NCBI RefSeq assembly: GCF_000010625.1 | Contig: NC_010296.1 | Span: forward strand, 1,620,001-1,652,000 | From: Microcystis aeruginosa NIES-843 | Lineage (GTDB): Bacteria > Cyanobacteriota > Cyanobacteriia > Cyanobacteriales > Microcystaceae | DNA length: 32,000 bases | Direction: 5' to 3' | In this document: positions 1 to 9,910 of the stretch, piece after piece | Layout: the number at the start of each line of letters is the position of its first letter | Numbering within the stretch: the stretch's first letter is position 1 | Program-made: the position numbers and the translations under genes | Notes under the pieces: generated by a model | Databases searched by the model: none | What the model was told of the DNA's origin: nothing | The model's input: the letters and a program-made list of their open reading frames with translations, nothing else

Positions 1-578
1 GAGAATATTCTCATCAAATCAGGTCTGTTTAATCTACCCAGAAAAAAAGCCCTATTAGAAAGTAATAGTGAAATAGAAGTAATAGTGGTGGATGTGTCAG
101 AACAGGAGATAGAAAGACCCAAAAAAAAACAGAAATCATGCTATAGTGGCAAGCAGGGATACCACACATTAAAGTCGCAAGTCGTTGCCGATCAAAAAAG
201 CGAGCAGGTAATCTGTGTCCGTTGTGAGAAAGGAAGAGTCCATGATTTTCGACTGTGGAAAGAGAGCAAAATAAGGTTAAATAAGGAAATAGAAATATTA
301 GGGGATAAAGGCTATCAAGGAATTCAGAAAATCCATCAAAACAGTCAAATTCCTCATAAAAAAAGAAAAAAGAAAAACTAAGTAAAGAGCAAAAAAAAGC
401 CAATCGTCAGTTATCACAACGGCGCATAGTTATAGAACATATTCATCTTCGTCTCAAAATATTTCGGATACTTTCATCAAGATACAGAAATCGCAGACGG
501 CGATTTGGTCTGAGATTGAATTTGATTGCTGGTATCTACAATTACGAACTTCGTTACCGACAAAAGGATATATCTTGA
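1..578 (+). pseudogene. IS4/IS5-superfamily DDE transposase, 5' end cut by the window edge, frame broken at an A-rich run
   Basis: Frame 1 is open from nt 1 to the stop at 379-381 (..VVDVSEQEIERPKKKQK..HDFRLW..LGDKGYQGI..). After the A-rich run 358-377 the protein continues in another frame from 378 to the stop at 576-578 (LSKEQKKANRQLSQRRIVIEHIHLRLKIFRIL..IAGIYNYEL). That part carries an R-x3-E-x6-K signature typical of IS4/IS5 DDE transposases. Confidence 0.75.
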
Positions 579-580
579 TT

Positions 581-597
581 ACTTTTGCAAGAGATCT
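581..597 (+). repeat. Putative IS terminal sequence ACTTTTGCAAGAGATCT just after the transposase stop
   Basis: It starts 3 nt after the transposase stop. A 16/17 identical copy in the same orientation lies at 1243-1259. Confidence 0.4.
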
Positions 598-710
598 AAT
601 GATTTCATGGTGAAAATCTTAGCCGCCAGTGCCGTTGACAGCGAGAGGAGGTAGATGTTAATCCTGTAGTTGATGAGGAGTTTTGGGAATTTAAGGAACT
701 GAGTAGATAA

Positions 711-990
711 CCCACATTCCGCACCCTCAACTGTCACATTGAAAATTTTATCTAAATCGTCAAAACGATTGCCGGCTCTGAATTACAGGCTAATTTGTTT
801 GCCCAGCAGACGCACAATTAGCCCTAAAAATCTGATAGCTCTGATACCAAATTATTGAGATAAACTCTCATTAAGCTGGCGATCGCTGACTAGAGTGTGA
901 CACTTCATAATTCTTAGTAATCGCTAAAAGTCTTACTATACAAGGGCTAGAGCAACTTTTGATTTCAACGACTAGGGTGCGGAATGTGGG
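711..990. repeat. Element of about 280 bp bounded by a perfect 17-bp inverted repeat (MITE-like)
   Basis: CCCACATTCCGCACCCT at 711-727 and its exact reverse complement AGGGTGCGGAATGTGGG at 974-990. No credible ORF lies between them. Confidence 0.5.
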
Positions 991-1242
991 AGATAAGGTC
1001 AGTTGGGGGTTTGTTAGGCCATAATGACTGGCAAAACCAGAGATTCCGGAGCCTTGTGCAGGTCAAAGCCTGAGTTGCCCATCGAATTTTAGACCTAACT
1101 CCTCGGAATTTGAGAACTCTATAGACCTCTTGCATAAATCCGAAAACAAACGATAGAAACAATAATGGGAAGGACTTTCAGTTAATTATTTATTAGTAGT
1201 TGATAATCTTCAAAAATGTTGCTGTACAAGGATCGACTTAAG

Positions 1243-1259
1243 ACTTTTGCAAGAGGTCT
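1243..1259 (+). repeat. Second copy of the putative IS end (ACTTTTGCAAGAGGTCT)
   Basis: 16/17 match to 581-597 in direct orientation, with no adjacent transposase. Confidence 0.35.
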
Positions 1260-1534
1260 TATCAATATGCGATTACCCTGATGGAAAAATAAATTAACAG
1301 AACTTTTGAAAGCGATCGCACCTTGACTCTAAGAGTGCTTGAAAAGCAAAATCCAAACAACTATTAGAAATTGCTACTCTAGGAGTAGAAAAAGCGATAG
1401 AAACCGATGAAGAAACGGCAACCGCTTGGATAAACCAACAACTAGAAAGCTTGAGAGTCAAACTAATCTGATCAAGACAAAAATAGAACTACCCTGGATT
1501 TTTACCAGAGGTCTATTTTTAACGGGGGAGGATG

Positions 1535-1744
1535 TCAACCCTCACTCCCAGATTCAACAGTATGGCCGACTTCGCTGATCCATTGGGCAATTTCTGCGGG
1601 GGATGCGGTGGTTTCTACCGTGACGATTTTATTGGCTACATCCACCGATATTTGGGCCGCCGGTTGCTGATTGTTAATCGCTTTAGTAATGGTATTAGCG
1701 CAACCTTCACAGGCAATACTAGGCACTTTTAGGGTAATTGTCAT
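1535..1744 (-). CDS. atx1: Heavy-metal-associated (HMA) domain copper metallochaperone, Atx1-like
   Basis: 69 aa beginning MTITLKVPSIACEGCANTITKAI. The N-terminal CxxC metal-binding loop and the size and beta-alpha-beta-beta-alpha-beta pattern match cyanobacterial Atx1/CopZ. Confidence 0.85.
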   Translation of the reverse strand: MTITLKVPSIACEGCANTITKAINNQQPAAQISVDVANKIVTVETTASPAEIAQWISEVGHTVESGSEG

Positions 1745-1916
1745 TGTTGTAACTCCAGTAACTTATAAGTAGTCTTGCAAAATTAATTTCTTGGTTAGGA
1801 TAGGCAATAGGCAATAGGCAAGAAGTAGTTAAATCTGTGTGATTAATTGCGTTCAGTAAATTATAGCTAAAAACTAGCATAAATTGTCAGAGGTAGCTGA
1901 TTTTTTAAGAGTTTAT

Positions 1917-2162
1917 TTACCATTTCAGCACTGCCGCTTCGATCCCCTGTTCCCGACGCAGTTGACTATCTTTTTCTAGCCATTGGATTACCTGTTTATG
2001 GGTTAGTTCTTCTAGGGTTACTCCCGTATCTTCGGCGATTATTTTTAGTAAGCGTAGGGAAGAAATCGTTAAACGAGTCAGGAATTTTTCGGGAGAAGTC
2101 AAGAGGGCAGCGTCCACATCTGCGGATTCTTCTGGGGTTAAAAATTGTCTGTTTTCGATCAT
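1917..2162 (-). CDS. Conserved hypothetical protein (81 aa)
   Basis: The ORF-track entry 1917-2192 overlaps the polA 3' end. The internal ATG at 2162-2160 (MIENRQFLTPEE..) lies 5 nt after the polA stop and avoids the overlap. I recognise no domain. Confidence 0.55.
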   Translation of the reverse strand: MIENRQFLTPEESADVDAALLTSPEKFLTRLTISSLRLLKIIAEDTGVTLEELTHKQVIQWLEKDSQLRREQGIEAAVLKW

Positions 2163-2166
2163 AGTT

Positions 2167-5037
2167 TTATTTGGTTTCCATCCAATTGTCACCGGCTTTA
2201 ATTTCTACCAAGAGAGGGATCGTCAAGGAGACAGCTTCTTCCATAGTCGTCTTGATTTTTGACTCTAGGGATGGCCATTCTTCCCTCGGTACTTCCAAGA
2301 CTAATTCATCATGGACTTGCAGCAGTAATCTCGCTCGATAATTTTGCAGTACCTCTGCCAATTTTACCATCGCTACTTTAATAATATCAGCACTGGAACC
2401 CTGAATGGGCGCATTAGCGGCCGATCTTAATAATTGTGCCTCCTCGTTGTTGAGTTTGAGGCTATCTAAATCGATGTCATGTAAGGACAGTCCCCGCAGT
2501 CTTTTTAAGAGAGGATTATCGAAGTTAAAATAACGTCTTCTGCCCAAAATTGTTTCCACATATCCCTGAGTGATCGCTTGTTTTTTGCTATTCTCTAAAT
2601 ACTCAAATACTTGGGCATAACGTTGATGATATTTTTCAATAAATTTTCTGCCCTGTTCTACGGTTAATTTCGATTCACGGGCGAATTTTTGCGCTCCCAT
2701 GCCATAAATAACCCCGAAGTTAATTGTTTTTCCTAAACTGCGTTCTTCGGGGGTAATTTCCCTTTTATCAAAGAGCAATTGAGCGGTGACTTTATGCACA
2801 TCTTGATTACTACGATAGGCTTCTAATAAAACTGGTTCTTGGCTGAGATGAGCGAGAATTCTTAACTCGATTTGTGAGTAGTCCGCTGACACTAATAAGT
2901 AACCATTTTCGGGAATAAAAGCTTGACGAATTCGTCTGGAAAATTCACTGCGAATGGGGATATTTTGCAGGTTAGGATTGGAGGATGATAAGCGTCCGGT
3001 GCTGGTGATGGTTTGATTAAAATCTGTATGTACTCGTGCGGTTTTTGGTTCGGCTAATTTCGGTAAAGCATCCACATAGGTTGATTTTAATTTGGATAAG
3101 GTGCGATGTTCAAGGATATAATCAACTAAGGGATGATCTCCTTGTAGTTTCTCTAAAACACTTTGATCGGTGGAGTAACCTGTTTTAGTTTTTCTGGATT
3201 TTTTGCGATTGAGTGCCAATCGATCGAAGAGGATTTCACTTAACTGTTTAGGAGAGCTAAGATTAAAAGTTTCTCCGATAGATTCGTAGGCATTTTTTTC
3301 TATGTATGCTAGGTCTCTTTCTAGTTGCTGGGAAAAGTTTTTTAGATAATTGATATTAATTTTTATACCATAATTTTCCATCTGCCACAGCACCATGACT
3401 AAGGGAGATTCTATTTCAGAGAATAATTGATACAAAGGGGGAATTTTAGTTAATTCTGCCTGTAATTTTTCTCGAAGTAAATAGGTAGCGTAGGCATCTA
3501 ATCCGCAGTAGTTAGCAGTGGTGGGAATATCTAAATCAGCGATGGTTTTTCCCGCAGGAATACCGAGACTTTTATAACTAAGGGAAGTGATGCCAGTTAA
3601 ATAGCGATCGCATAAATCTTCGAGATTATGAGTTAGTTCGGGATGGAGGACATAACTAGCCACCATAGTATCAAAAACTAGACCTTTAACGGTAATTCCT
3701 TGATGATAAAAAACATCAATATCAAATTTCGCATTCTGGAAGACTTTTGGATAATCATCACTGGCTAAAATTGGGCGTAATTTTTCGAGAACTATCTCTA
3801 GATTTAAATTATCACCGCTCTGGTGGCCGATGGGAATATAGGCCATAGCATTTAATTCTTTTCCCCAACAGCAACCGATCCCGACCAATTTGGCTACACG
3901 AGGATTTAAATCCGTGGTTTCGGTGTCCCAAGCGACGGGAAAATGTGGATTAGTGAAAGTTGTTAATTTTGCCAGTAAAGCATCTAACTTAGGAATAGTA
4001 TCAATAATGTCGGGAGCAATTAGAACCGGTGGAGAAATAGGGGGTAAATCAAACAGAGACAATTGATTAGAATCAGCATCGCTAGTTAATTCTAGGGTAG
4101 GAGTGCCACCTAGATGCTGTTGAATTTGATCGAGTTTCTGGAGAATTTTCTTTAACTCTAATCTTGCCAATAAAGGTTGAACTAAACGCCGATTAAAACC
4201 TCGGAGACGAAATTTCTCTTCCTCGAGACTAACGGGGGCATCAAGGGCAATTTTGGCTAAATAGCGAGAACTTTCGGCGGCGGTTTTTCCCTCTAATAAT
4301 TTAGTTTTTACCATTCCCTTAATCGATTCCAGATTGGTATATATATCGTCTAAGTTATCGTATTTTTTTAATAAATCTATCGCTGTTTTTTCGCCAATTC
4401 CGCGCACCCCGGGGATATTATCAGACTTATCACCGCAAAGAGCTTTAAAATCTACTACCTGTTTTGGTGTCACCCCTAACTTTTCCGTGACAGCTTGGGA
4501 ATTGAATTCTGTATAACCCTGTCCCGATGTACTTTTGACCGCATTAATATCCAGATAGAGAACCGTGGTTTTTTTCTCCTCATCTACCAATTGGAATAAA
4601 TCTCGATCGCCTGTTAAAATCTTGACCGTATAACCATGATCACCGGCTTGTTTTGCCAAAGTTCCTAAAACATCATCTGCTTCATAACCCGGAGAAGTCA
4701 CAATAGGAATATTCATCGCTGCCAAGAGACTTTGCAGATTAGTTAAATCGGGGCGAAATTCTTCGGGAGTCTCTTGCCGATTAGCCTTATAATTGGCATC
4801 AGCTTCATGGCGAAAAGAAGGAGCTGCTAAATCAAAAGCAACTGCTAAATAAGTGGGTTTTTGAGTTTCAAGTAACTGCATCAGAGAATTTAAAAACCCA
4901 AAGCACACACTGGTGGGAATGCCGGTAGAAGTACGCAGAGGACCAGAACGAGACTTGGCAAAGGCATAATAGGCACGAAAAGCCAAAGAATGCCCATCAA
5001 TCAGGATAAATAGCTTATTTTGCTCGGTACTGGTCAT
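2167..5037 (-). CDS. polA: DNA polymerase I
   Basis: 956 aa. It has an N-terminal 5'-3' exonuclease (LILIDGHSLAFRAYYA), a 3'-5' exonuclease-like middle, and family-A polymerase motifs A (LLVSADYSQIELRILAHLS), B (RSLGKTINFGVIYGMG) and C (LLLQVHDELVLEV). Confidence 0.97.
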   Translation of the reverse strand: MTSTEQNKLFILIDGHSLAFRAYYAFAKSRSGPLRTSTGIPTSVCFGFLNSLMQLLETQKPTYLAVAFDLAAPSFRHEADANYKANRQETPEEFRPDLTNLQSLLAAMNIPIVTSPGYEADDVLGTLAKQAGDHGYTVKILTGDRDLFQLVDEEKKTTVLYLDINAVKSTSGQGYTEFNSQAVTEKLGVTPKQVVDFKALCGDKSDNIPGVRGIGEKTAIDLLKKYDNLDDIYTNLESIKGMVKTKLLEGKTAAESSRYLAKIALDAPVSLEEEKFRLRGFNRRLVQPLLARLELKKILQKLDQIQQHLGGTPTLELTSDADSNQLSLFDLPPISPPVLIAPDIIDTIPKLDALLAKLTTFTNPHFPVAWDTETTDLNPRVAKLVGIGCCWGKELNAMAYIPIGHQSGDNLNLEIVLEKLRPILASDDYPKVFQNAKFDIDVFYHQGITVKGLVFDTMVASYVLHPELTHNLEDLCDRYLTGITSLSYKSLGIPAGKTIADLDIPTTANYCGLDAYATYLLREKLQAELTKIPPLYQLFSEIESPLVMVLWQMENYGIKININYLKNFSQQLERDLAYIEKNAYESIGETFNLSSPKQLSEILFDRLALNRKKSRKTKTGYSTDQSVLEKLQGDHPLVDYILEHRTLSKLKSTYVDALPKLAEPKTARVHTDFNQTITSTGRLSSSNPNLQNIPIRSEFSRRIRQAFIPENGYLLVSADYSQIELRILAHLSQEPVLLEAYRSNQDVHKVTAQLLFDKREITPEERSLGKTINFGVIYGMGAQKFARESKLTVEQGRKFIEKYHQRYAQVFEYLENSKKQAITQGYVETILGRRRYFNFDNPLLKRLRGLSLHDIDLDSLKLNNEEAQLLRSAANAPIQGSSADIIKVAMVKLAEVLQNYRARLLLQVHDELVLEVPREEWPSLESKIKTTMEEAVSLTIPLLVEIKAGDNWMETK

Positions 5038-5409
5038 AATCTAGCCTCTTTAGTCCTATCAAAATAATACTAAATATTGTATAAAATTTACATTCCCTAT
5101 TTTGCCCAAATTTGACAAGGGGGGTTTTTCTGTTTAGAGTATAACAGATGCTGGCATTGTTCTAAACTTAAATCTTTCTATCTCTTGACAGGCGGCCGAT
5201 TGTGCTACCAATTGCATCAATAGCATTTACAGGCATCCTGCTTGTACCACTAGGGAAAAACTAGACCGAATTACAGTAGCTCCCAATATTTGTTTAGAAT
5301 AACTAACTATCAGAAAAATGCGGATTACTGTAGGTTCTGTTTTAAAGCTGTTAGCGAAGGGAATTATGCTACACTAGCATCAATATCTAGTCAAAAAGGC
5401 TTGTAATTT

Positions 5410-5646
5410 ATGACTCCTCATCTTTCTCTTAGCCAGATTATAGAATCTATCGATCAACTTTCTTTAGAAGAACAAAACCAATTATTTGAAAAATTAGCGC
5501 AGAAAAAACAACAACAAGAGCATCCACTGCTCAATATACCAGTTACACTAACCTATAATCCCCTCTTAGATGAAGTCATAGAGAGTATAGAAACCTATCG
5601 TCAAAAAGTTGACCAAGAAGACAGTCAACAAGTTGAAACACCGTGA
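5410..5646 (+). CDS. Putative antitoxin of a type II TA pair (78 aa)
   Basis: A small acidic/glutamine-rich ORF whose stop overlaps the start of the downstream PIN gene (GTGA, 5643-5646). The family was not recognised. Confidence 0.65.
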   Translation: MTPHLSLSQIIESIDQLSLEEQNQLFEKLAQKKQQQEHPLLNIPVTLTYNPLLDEVIESIETYRQKVDQEDSQQVETP

Positions 5647-6071
5647 CTCAATATATATTAGATACCGATCATATAACCCTACTGCAAAAACTACATCCGA
5701 ACTTAGTTCGGAGAGTAGCGTCTATCGATCCTGATGATACGGCTATAACAATTATTACTTTAGAAGAACAAGTAAGAGGATGGTTCAGCGTGATCAGAAA
5801 ATACTCTCAAAGCAATCAATATGAAAAGTTAATCAAAGGCTATCAAGGTTTGAGAGATATAGTTAATTATCTGAGCAAATTTAAAATTTTGAACTATACT
5901 TTAGAAGCTCATTATCATTTCAGAGAATTACGGGAGCAAAAAATTCGTATAGGAACACAAGATTTAAGAATTGCAGCGATTAGTTTATCAGAAAACAGTA
6001 TTTTAGTAACACGCAATTATCGTGATTTCTCTCAAATCCCTAATTTACGCCTACAAGATTGGACAATATAG
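5643..6071 (+). CDS. vapC: PIN-domain ribonuclease toxin, VapC family
   Basis: 142 aa with a GTG start. It shows the PIN acidic pattern ILDTDHI (Asp), TLEEQV (Glu), GTQDLRIAAISL (Asp) and LVTRNYRDF. Confidence 0.85.
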   Translation: MTQYILDTDHITLLQKLHPNLVRRVASIDPDDTAITIITLEEQVRGWFSVIRKYSQSNQYEKLIKGYQGLRDIVNYLSKFKILNYTLEAHYHFRELREQKIRIGTQDLRIAAISLSENSILVTRNYRDFSQIPNLRLQDWTI

Positions 6072-6158
6072 AACTCTGTAGGGATGACTACGAAAATTGT
6101 TACATTTTTTAAGGATTACCCAGCCATTATTCAGCCATTAGCCTGGCATCGGCGATCG

Positions 6159-6193
6159 CTGATAACTGATAACTGATAACTGATCACTGATAC
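6159..6193 (+). repeat. Heptamer tandem repeat (CTGATAA)x3 plus 2 degenerate units
   Basis: ctgataactgataactgataactgatcactgatac, directly after a HIP1 site and about 85 bp upstream of the 6280 gene. Confidence 0.9.
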
Positions 6194-6279
6194 TTAACAC
6201 CGCCTCAAAAAAAATATTTGCCAAAAAGCCAGCGTAAGGGTATTTTAAGAATAATTTTATATGAGTACTTTGCGATTAC

Positions 6280-7206
6280 ATGAGAATCCTAGTTACAGGC
6301 GGTGCAGGTTTTATTGGTTCCCATCTAATCGATCGCTTGATGGAACAGGGTCATGAAGTGATCTGTCTGGATAACTTCTACACGGGGGTGCGCCGAAATA
6401 TCGTTAAATGGCTAGGAAATCCTTATTTTGAGCTAATTCGTCACGATATCACCGAGCCGATCCGTTTGGAGGTGGATCAGATCTATCACCTAGCCTGTCC
6501 TGCTTCCCCAATTCACTATCAATATAATCCCGTAAAAACGATTAAAACCAATGTTTTAGGGACTATGTATATGCTGGGCCTAGCTAAAAGGGTAAAAGCG
6601 CGATTTTTGCTCGCTTCTACCTCGGAAGTCTATGGCGATCCCGATGTGCATCCGCAAACGGAAGAATATCGAGGTAATGTCAACTGCATCGGACCGCGTT
6701 CCTGTTATGACGAGGGTAAACGGGTAGCGGAAACCCTGGCTTTTGAGTATTATCGGGAGCATAAAGTCGATATCCGGGTGGCTCGGATTTTCAACACCTA
6801 CGGCCCGCGAATGTTGGAAAACGATGGACGAGTGGTGAGTAATTTCGTGGTCCAAGCTTTGCGAGGTGAACCCTTAACGGTGTATGGTGAAGGTTCCCAA
6901 ACCCGCAGTTTTTGCTATGTTTCTGACCTGGTGGAAGGGTTAATGCGTTTGATGAATGGAGACTTTATCGGGCCGGTTAATTTAGGCAATCCCGACGAAT
7001 ACACAATTTTGGAATTAGCGCAAGTCATCCAAGGCATGATTAATCCCGAGGCCGAATTGGTCTATAAACCACTGCCGGAAGATGATCCCAAGCAAAGACA
7101 ACCGGATATCACTCGTGCTAAAACTTATCTGGATTGGAGTCCAACTATTCCTCTAAGTCAGGGTTTAAAAATGACGATCGAGGATTTCCGTTCTCGTCTA
7201 AGCTAA
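6280..7206 (+). CDS. UDP-glucuronate decarboxylase (UDP-xylose synthase), NAD-dependent SDR
   Basis: 308 aa. It has the Rossmann motif [11 protein letters not shown], the catalytic SCYDEGKR (YxxxK), and overall UXS-type sequence ([21 protein letters not shown]). Confidence 0.9.
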   Translation: MRILVTGGAGFIGSHLIDRLMEQGHEVICLDNFYTGVRRNIVKWLGNPYFELIRHDITEPIRLEVDQIYHLACPASPIHYQYNPVKTIKTNVLGTMYMLGLAKRVKARFLLASTSEVYGDPDVHPQTEEYRGNVNCIGPRSCYDEGKRVAETLAFEYYREHKVDIRVARIFNTYGPRMLENDGRVVSNFVVQALRGEPLTVYGEGSQTRSFCYVSDLVEGLMRLMNGDFIGPVNLGNPDEYTILELAQVIQGMINPEAELVYKPLPEDDPKQRQPDITRAKTYLDWSPTIPLSQGLKMTIEDFRSRLS

Positions 7207-7251
7207 TCCCTAATCAATAAATTTAACTTAATTGTCACTGGAGTAATTATC

Positions 7252-8637
7252 ATGCGTGTTTGTGTTATCGGAACGGGTTATGTGGGTTTAGTCACCGGGG
7301 TGTGCCTAGCACATATCGGCCATCATGTTATCTGTATTGATAACAACGAAGAAAAAGTCAAATTGATGAAATCGGGACAATCCCCCATCTATGAACCGGG
7401 GTTATCGGAATTAATGCAGTCTTCGGCAGCCTCTGGCAATCTGGAATTTTCCACAGACCTAGAAGCGGGAGTTAAACACGGCGAAATCCTCTTTATCGCT
7501 GTTGGTACACCAGCACTACCGACTGGGGAAAGTGACACCCGTTATGTGGAAGCGGTGGCCCGGGGTATTGGGGCCCATCTCAACGGTGGTTATAAAGTAA
7601 TCGTCAATAAATCTACCGTTCCCATCGGTTCTGGCGATTGGGTACGGATGATCGTCCTCGATGGCGTGGCCGAGAGACAAAAAAATCTCGTGGCCGCTGG
7701 GGGCGGTATTAGTACATTAGAACGTATTGAAGCGGAATTCGATGTGGTCAGTAATCCCGAATTTTTACGGGAAGGTTCGGCGGTTTATGATACTTTTAAC
7801 CCCGATCGCATTGTTTTAGGCAGTAATAACCCGAAAGCAATCGAAATGATGAAGGAATTGTACGCGCCTTTGATTGAACGCCAATTCGCTGAGGATACCT
7901 CCTTGCCTCCCGTTCCCGTGGTGGTTACGGATCTCAGTTCGGCGGAAATGATTAAATACGCCGCTAATGCCTTCCTAGCCACCAAAATTAGCTTTATTAA
8001 CGAAGTAGCTAACATCTGCGATCGCGTGGGAGCCGATGTCACCCAAGTGGCTAAAGGTATCGGTTTAGATTCCCGTATCGGTAGCAAATTCCTCTCGGCC
8101 GGGATCGGTTGGGGGGGTTCCTGTTTCCCCAAAGATGTGTCGGCTTTGGTACATACCGCAGAAGACTACGGTTACGAAACGGAATTACTCAACGCCGCTA
8201 TCAATGTTAACAAACGTCAACGGACAATTGCGATCGAAAAACTGCAACAGGAATTAAAAATCCTCAAGGGTAAAACCGTCGGTTTGTTGGGATTAACTTT
8301 TAAACCCGATACCGATGATATGCGCGATGCCCCGGCTTTAACTATGATCGAACAGTTAAATCGTTTAGGTGCTAAGGTAAAAGCTTACGATCCGATCGTT
8401 TCCCAAAGTGGTTTAAGTCACGGTCTCAGTGGTGTGATTATCGAATCGGATCCGGAAAGATTGGCCGATGGTTGTGACGCTTTGGTGGTGGTGACGGAAT
8501 GGCAAGAATTTCTCCGTCTTGACTACGGCAAAATGGTTAAAACCATGCGCGAACCCGTGTTAATTGATGGTCGCAATTTCCTCGATCCTGCGGTGGTGAC
8601 AGCAGCCGGTTTCCGTTACCTGGGGATTGGACGTTAA
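7252..8637 (+). CDS. ugd: UDP-glucose 6-dehydrogenase
   Basis: 461 aa. It has the N-terminal VIGTGYVGLVTG NAD fold and the catalytic-Cys motif GWGGSCFPKD. It makes the substrate of the adjacent decarboxylase. Confidence 0.93.
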   Translation: MRVCVIGTGYVGLVTGVCLAHIGHHVICIDNNEEKVKLMKSGQSPIYEPGLSELMQSSAASGNLEFSTDLEAGVKHGEILFIAVGTPALPTGESDTRYVEAVARGIGAHLNGGYKVIVNKSTVPIGSGDWVRMIVLDGVAERQKNLVAAGGGISTLERIEAEFDVVSNPEFLREGSAVYDTFNPDRIVLGSNNPKAIEMMKELYAPLIERQFAEDTSLPPVPVVVTDLSSAEMIKYAANAFLATKISFINEVANICDRVGADVTQVAKGIGLDSRIGSKFLSAGIGWGGSCFPKDVSALVHTAEDYGYETELLNAAINVNKRQRTIAIEKLQQELKILKGKTVGLLGLTFKPDTDDMRDAPALTMIEQLNRLGAKVKAYDPIVSQSGLSHGLSGVIIESDPERLADGCDALVVVTEWQEFLRLDYGKMVKTMREPVLIDGRNFLDPAVVTAAGFRYLGIGR

Positions 8638-8876
8638 TCCCAGCAATCCGCCTTTTTATCAGGACTGACGCGGGTGGGGAAGGAGCAAGAAGCAGCAACC
8701 CTTACCCCTGCTCCTGGAGGCGAAAACTGCCCGATTATGCCAGCTGAAACCCGAAAACTTCCTAGTTGACCATGGGGTTATTGGCTATAGTTAAATGATA
8801 TGAACGGGGCTACTAGAATCCAGAAGCGATCGGTAGAATTGAATTGAGAAACTAGAAATCAGTTTTAGCAATAACT

Positions 8877-9560
8877 ATGGTTAGCTCTGTTCAATACCGC
8901 TACACTAACGAACAAGTTAGGGACTGGTTACGGGGATTACTGACAATTGCCTGGTCTGATGGGGATTATAGCACCAGCGAACAGGAATCGATCGCCCGTT
9001 TCGCTCACGAATTAGAATTAGATGACGACCACGTTCTCTATCAATCGATTAGTCCCGAAGAATTGGCCGCAAGTTTCGGTCATGACCCCAAAATATCAGA
9101 AAACTTCCTCCGCACGGCGGTCATGGTAGCGATCGCCGACGGCATTTATTCCCCCGCAGAAGCGCAATTACTGCGTAGTTATCGGGATGCTTTCGGGTTA
9201 GAAATCGAGGCCCTGTCAGCTTTAGAACATACTATCTGTGAAATTCCCGAAATTACCACAGAAGCGAATAAATCCGAGTTTATCAGCGCCGAACATCCCC
9301 ACCCGGATCTGCTTCATCCCCTCAAAGATTGGTTAGATGGGGTAGAAATGCACGATCCGCGCTTGGCCCGGTTTATCTGCAAAATGGTGCCGCCTCAATG
9401 TCCTTTTGAACGCGATATCGTGCTGTTTGGTCATAAATTAGTCCATATTCCGCCTCTGTGCAAGTTAAATCCTCTCTACGAGCAATTAGTCGGGTTACGC
9501 TTCCGCGCCCTTTCATACTTAGCCGATGATTGTCAAGAAGATATTTCTGAGTATATTTAG
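8877..9560 (+). CDS. TerB-like domain protein with a C-terminal Mo-dependent-nitrogenase-C-like domain
   Basis: 227 aa. Two TerB-type repeats (IAWSDGDYSTSEQESI and AIADGIYSPAEAQLL) are followed by a Cys-containing C-terminus (FICKMVPPQCPFERDIVLFGHKLVHIPPLCKLNP). That tail resembles, from memory, the cyanobacterial Mo-nitro_C family. Confidence 0.6.
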   Translation: MVSSVQYRYTNEQVRDWLRGLLTIAWSDGDYSTSEQESIARFAHELELDDDHVLYQSISPEELAASFGHDPKISENFLRTAVMVAIADGIYSPAEAQLLRSYRDAFGLEIEALSALEHTICEIPEITTEANKSEFISAEHPHPDLLHPLKDWLDGVEMHDPRLARFICKMVPPQCPFERDIVLFGHKLVHIPPLCKLNPLYEQLVGLRFRALSYLADDCQEDISEYI

Positions 9561-9643
9561 CCAATTTAATTAAAATTGCGGCTAACATGGTATAAATATC
9601 CTGCTGACAGAAAATATCTCAACCTAAGGGCTTTTCCTAGCCA

Positions 9644-9857
9644 GGGCTGGCTGAATAAATCTAAAAACCTTGTTGGATAAGGCTTTTAGACTTTTTTCCC
9701 CTCAAAAAGTGCTGACCATTGGAGTGATCGGGGGTAAAATTCAGGTACTTTTTCCCTGAAAATTAGGTAACTGACTACCTCAAAATCGGTAAAACCCTAC
9801 ACCCCACACCCCACACCCCACACCCTGCCCCCACCAACAAACTTTTTCAGCAGACCC
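9644..9857 (-). mobile_element. MITE, subfamily 1 (214 bp) with TAGGGTTTGC-type termini and an internal (GGGGTGT)n tract
   Basis: It is the reverse complement of 16453-16666, with about 12 mismatches in 214 by manual alignment. Its termini are GGGCTGGCTGAATAAAT...TTTTCAGCAGACCC, and TA follows at 9858-9859. Confidence 0.8.
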
Positions 9858-9910
9858 TAGCTAATTCTTCCGTTAAAATTAGGTTAAGTCGCCGTTAAGA
9901 GAGAAAAACT

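Noticed and set aside
965-1162. 65-aa minus-strand ORF in the repeat debris, and the ORF-like stretch 582-790 on the minus strand
   Set aside because: The first begins inside the 17-bp inverted repeat. The second has no start codon until its last few codons. Neither has recognisable motifs, so both are probably decayed sequence.
2163-2192. Longer start for the 81-aa ORF that overlaps polA
   Set aside because: The extension (MTIGWKPNKT) overlaps the polA C-terminal codons. The internal ATG at 2162 gives a non-overlapping gene 5 nt after the polA stop.
8640-8876. Possible riboswitch or ncRNA in the ugd-TerB spacer (GGAGCA...TGCTCC stem near 8681-8716)
   Set aside because: There is only a weak 6-bp stem with a large loop. 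It has no terminator-like U tract and no resemblance to a riboswitch class I can recognise.
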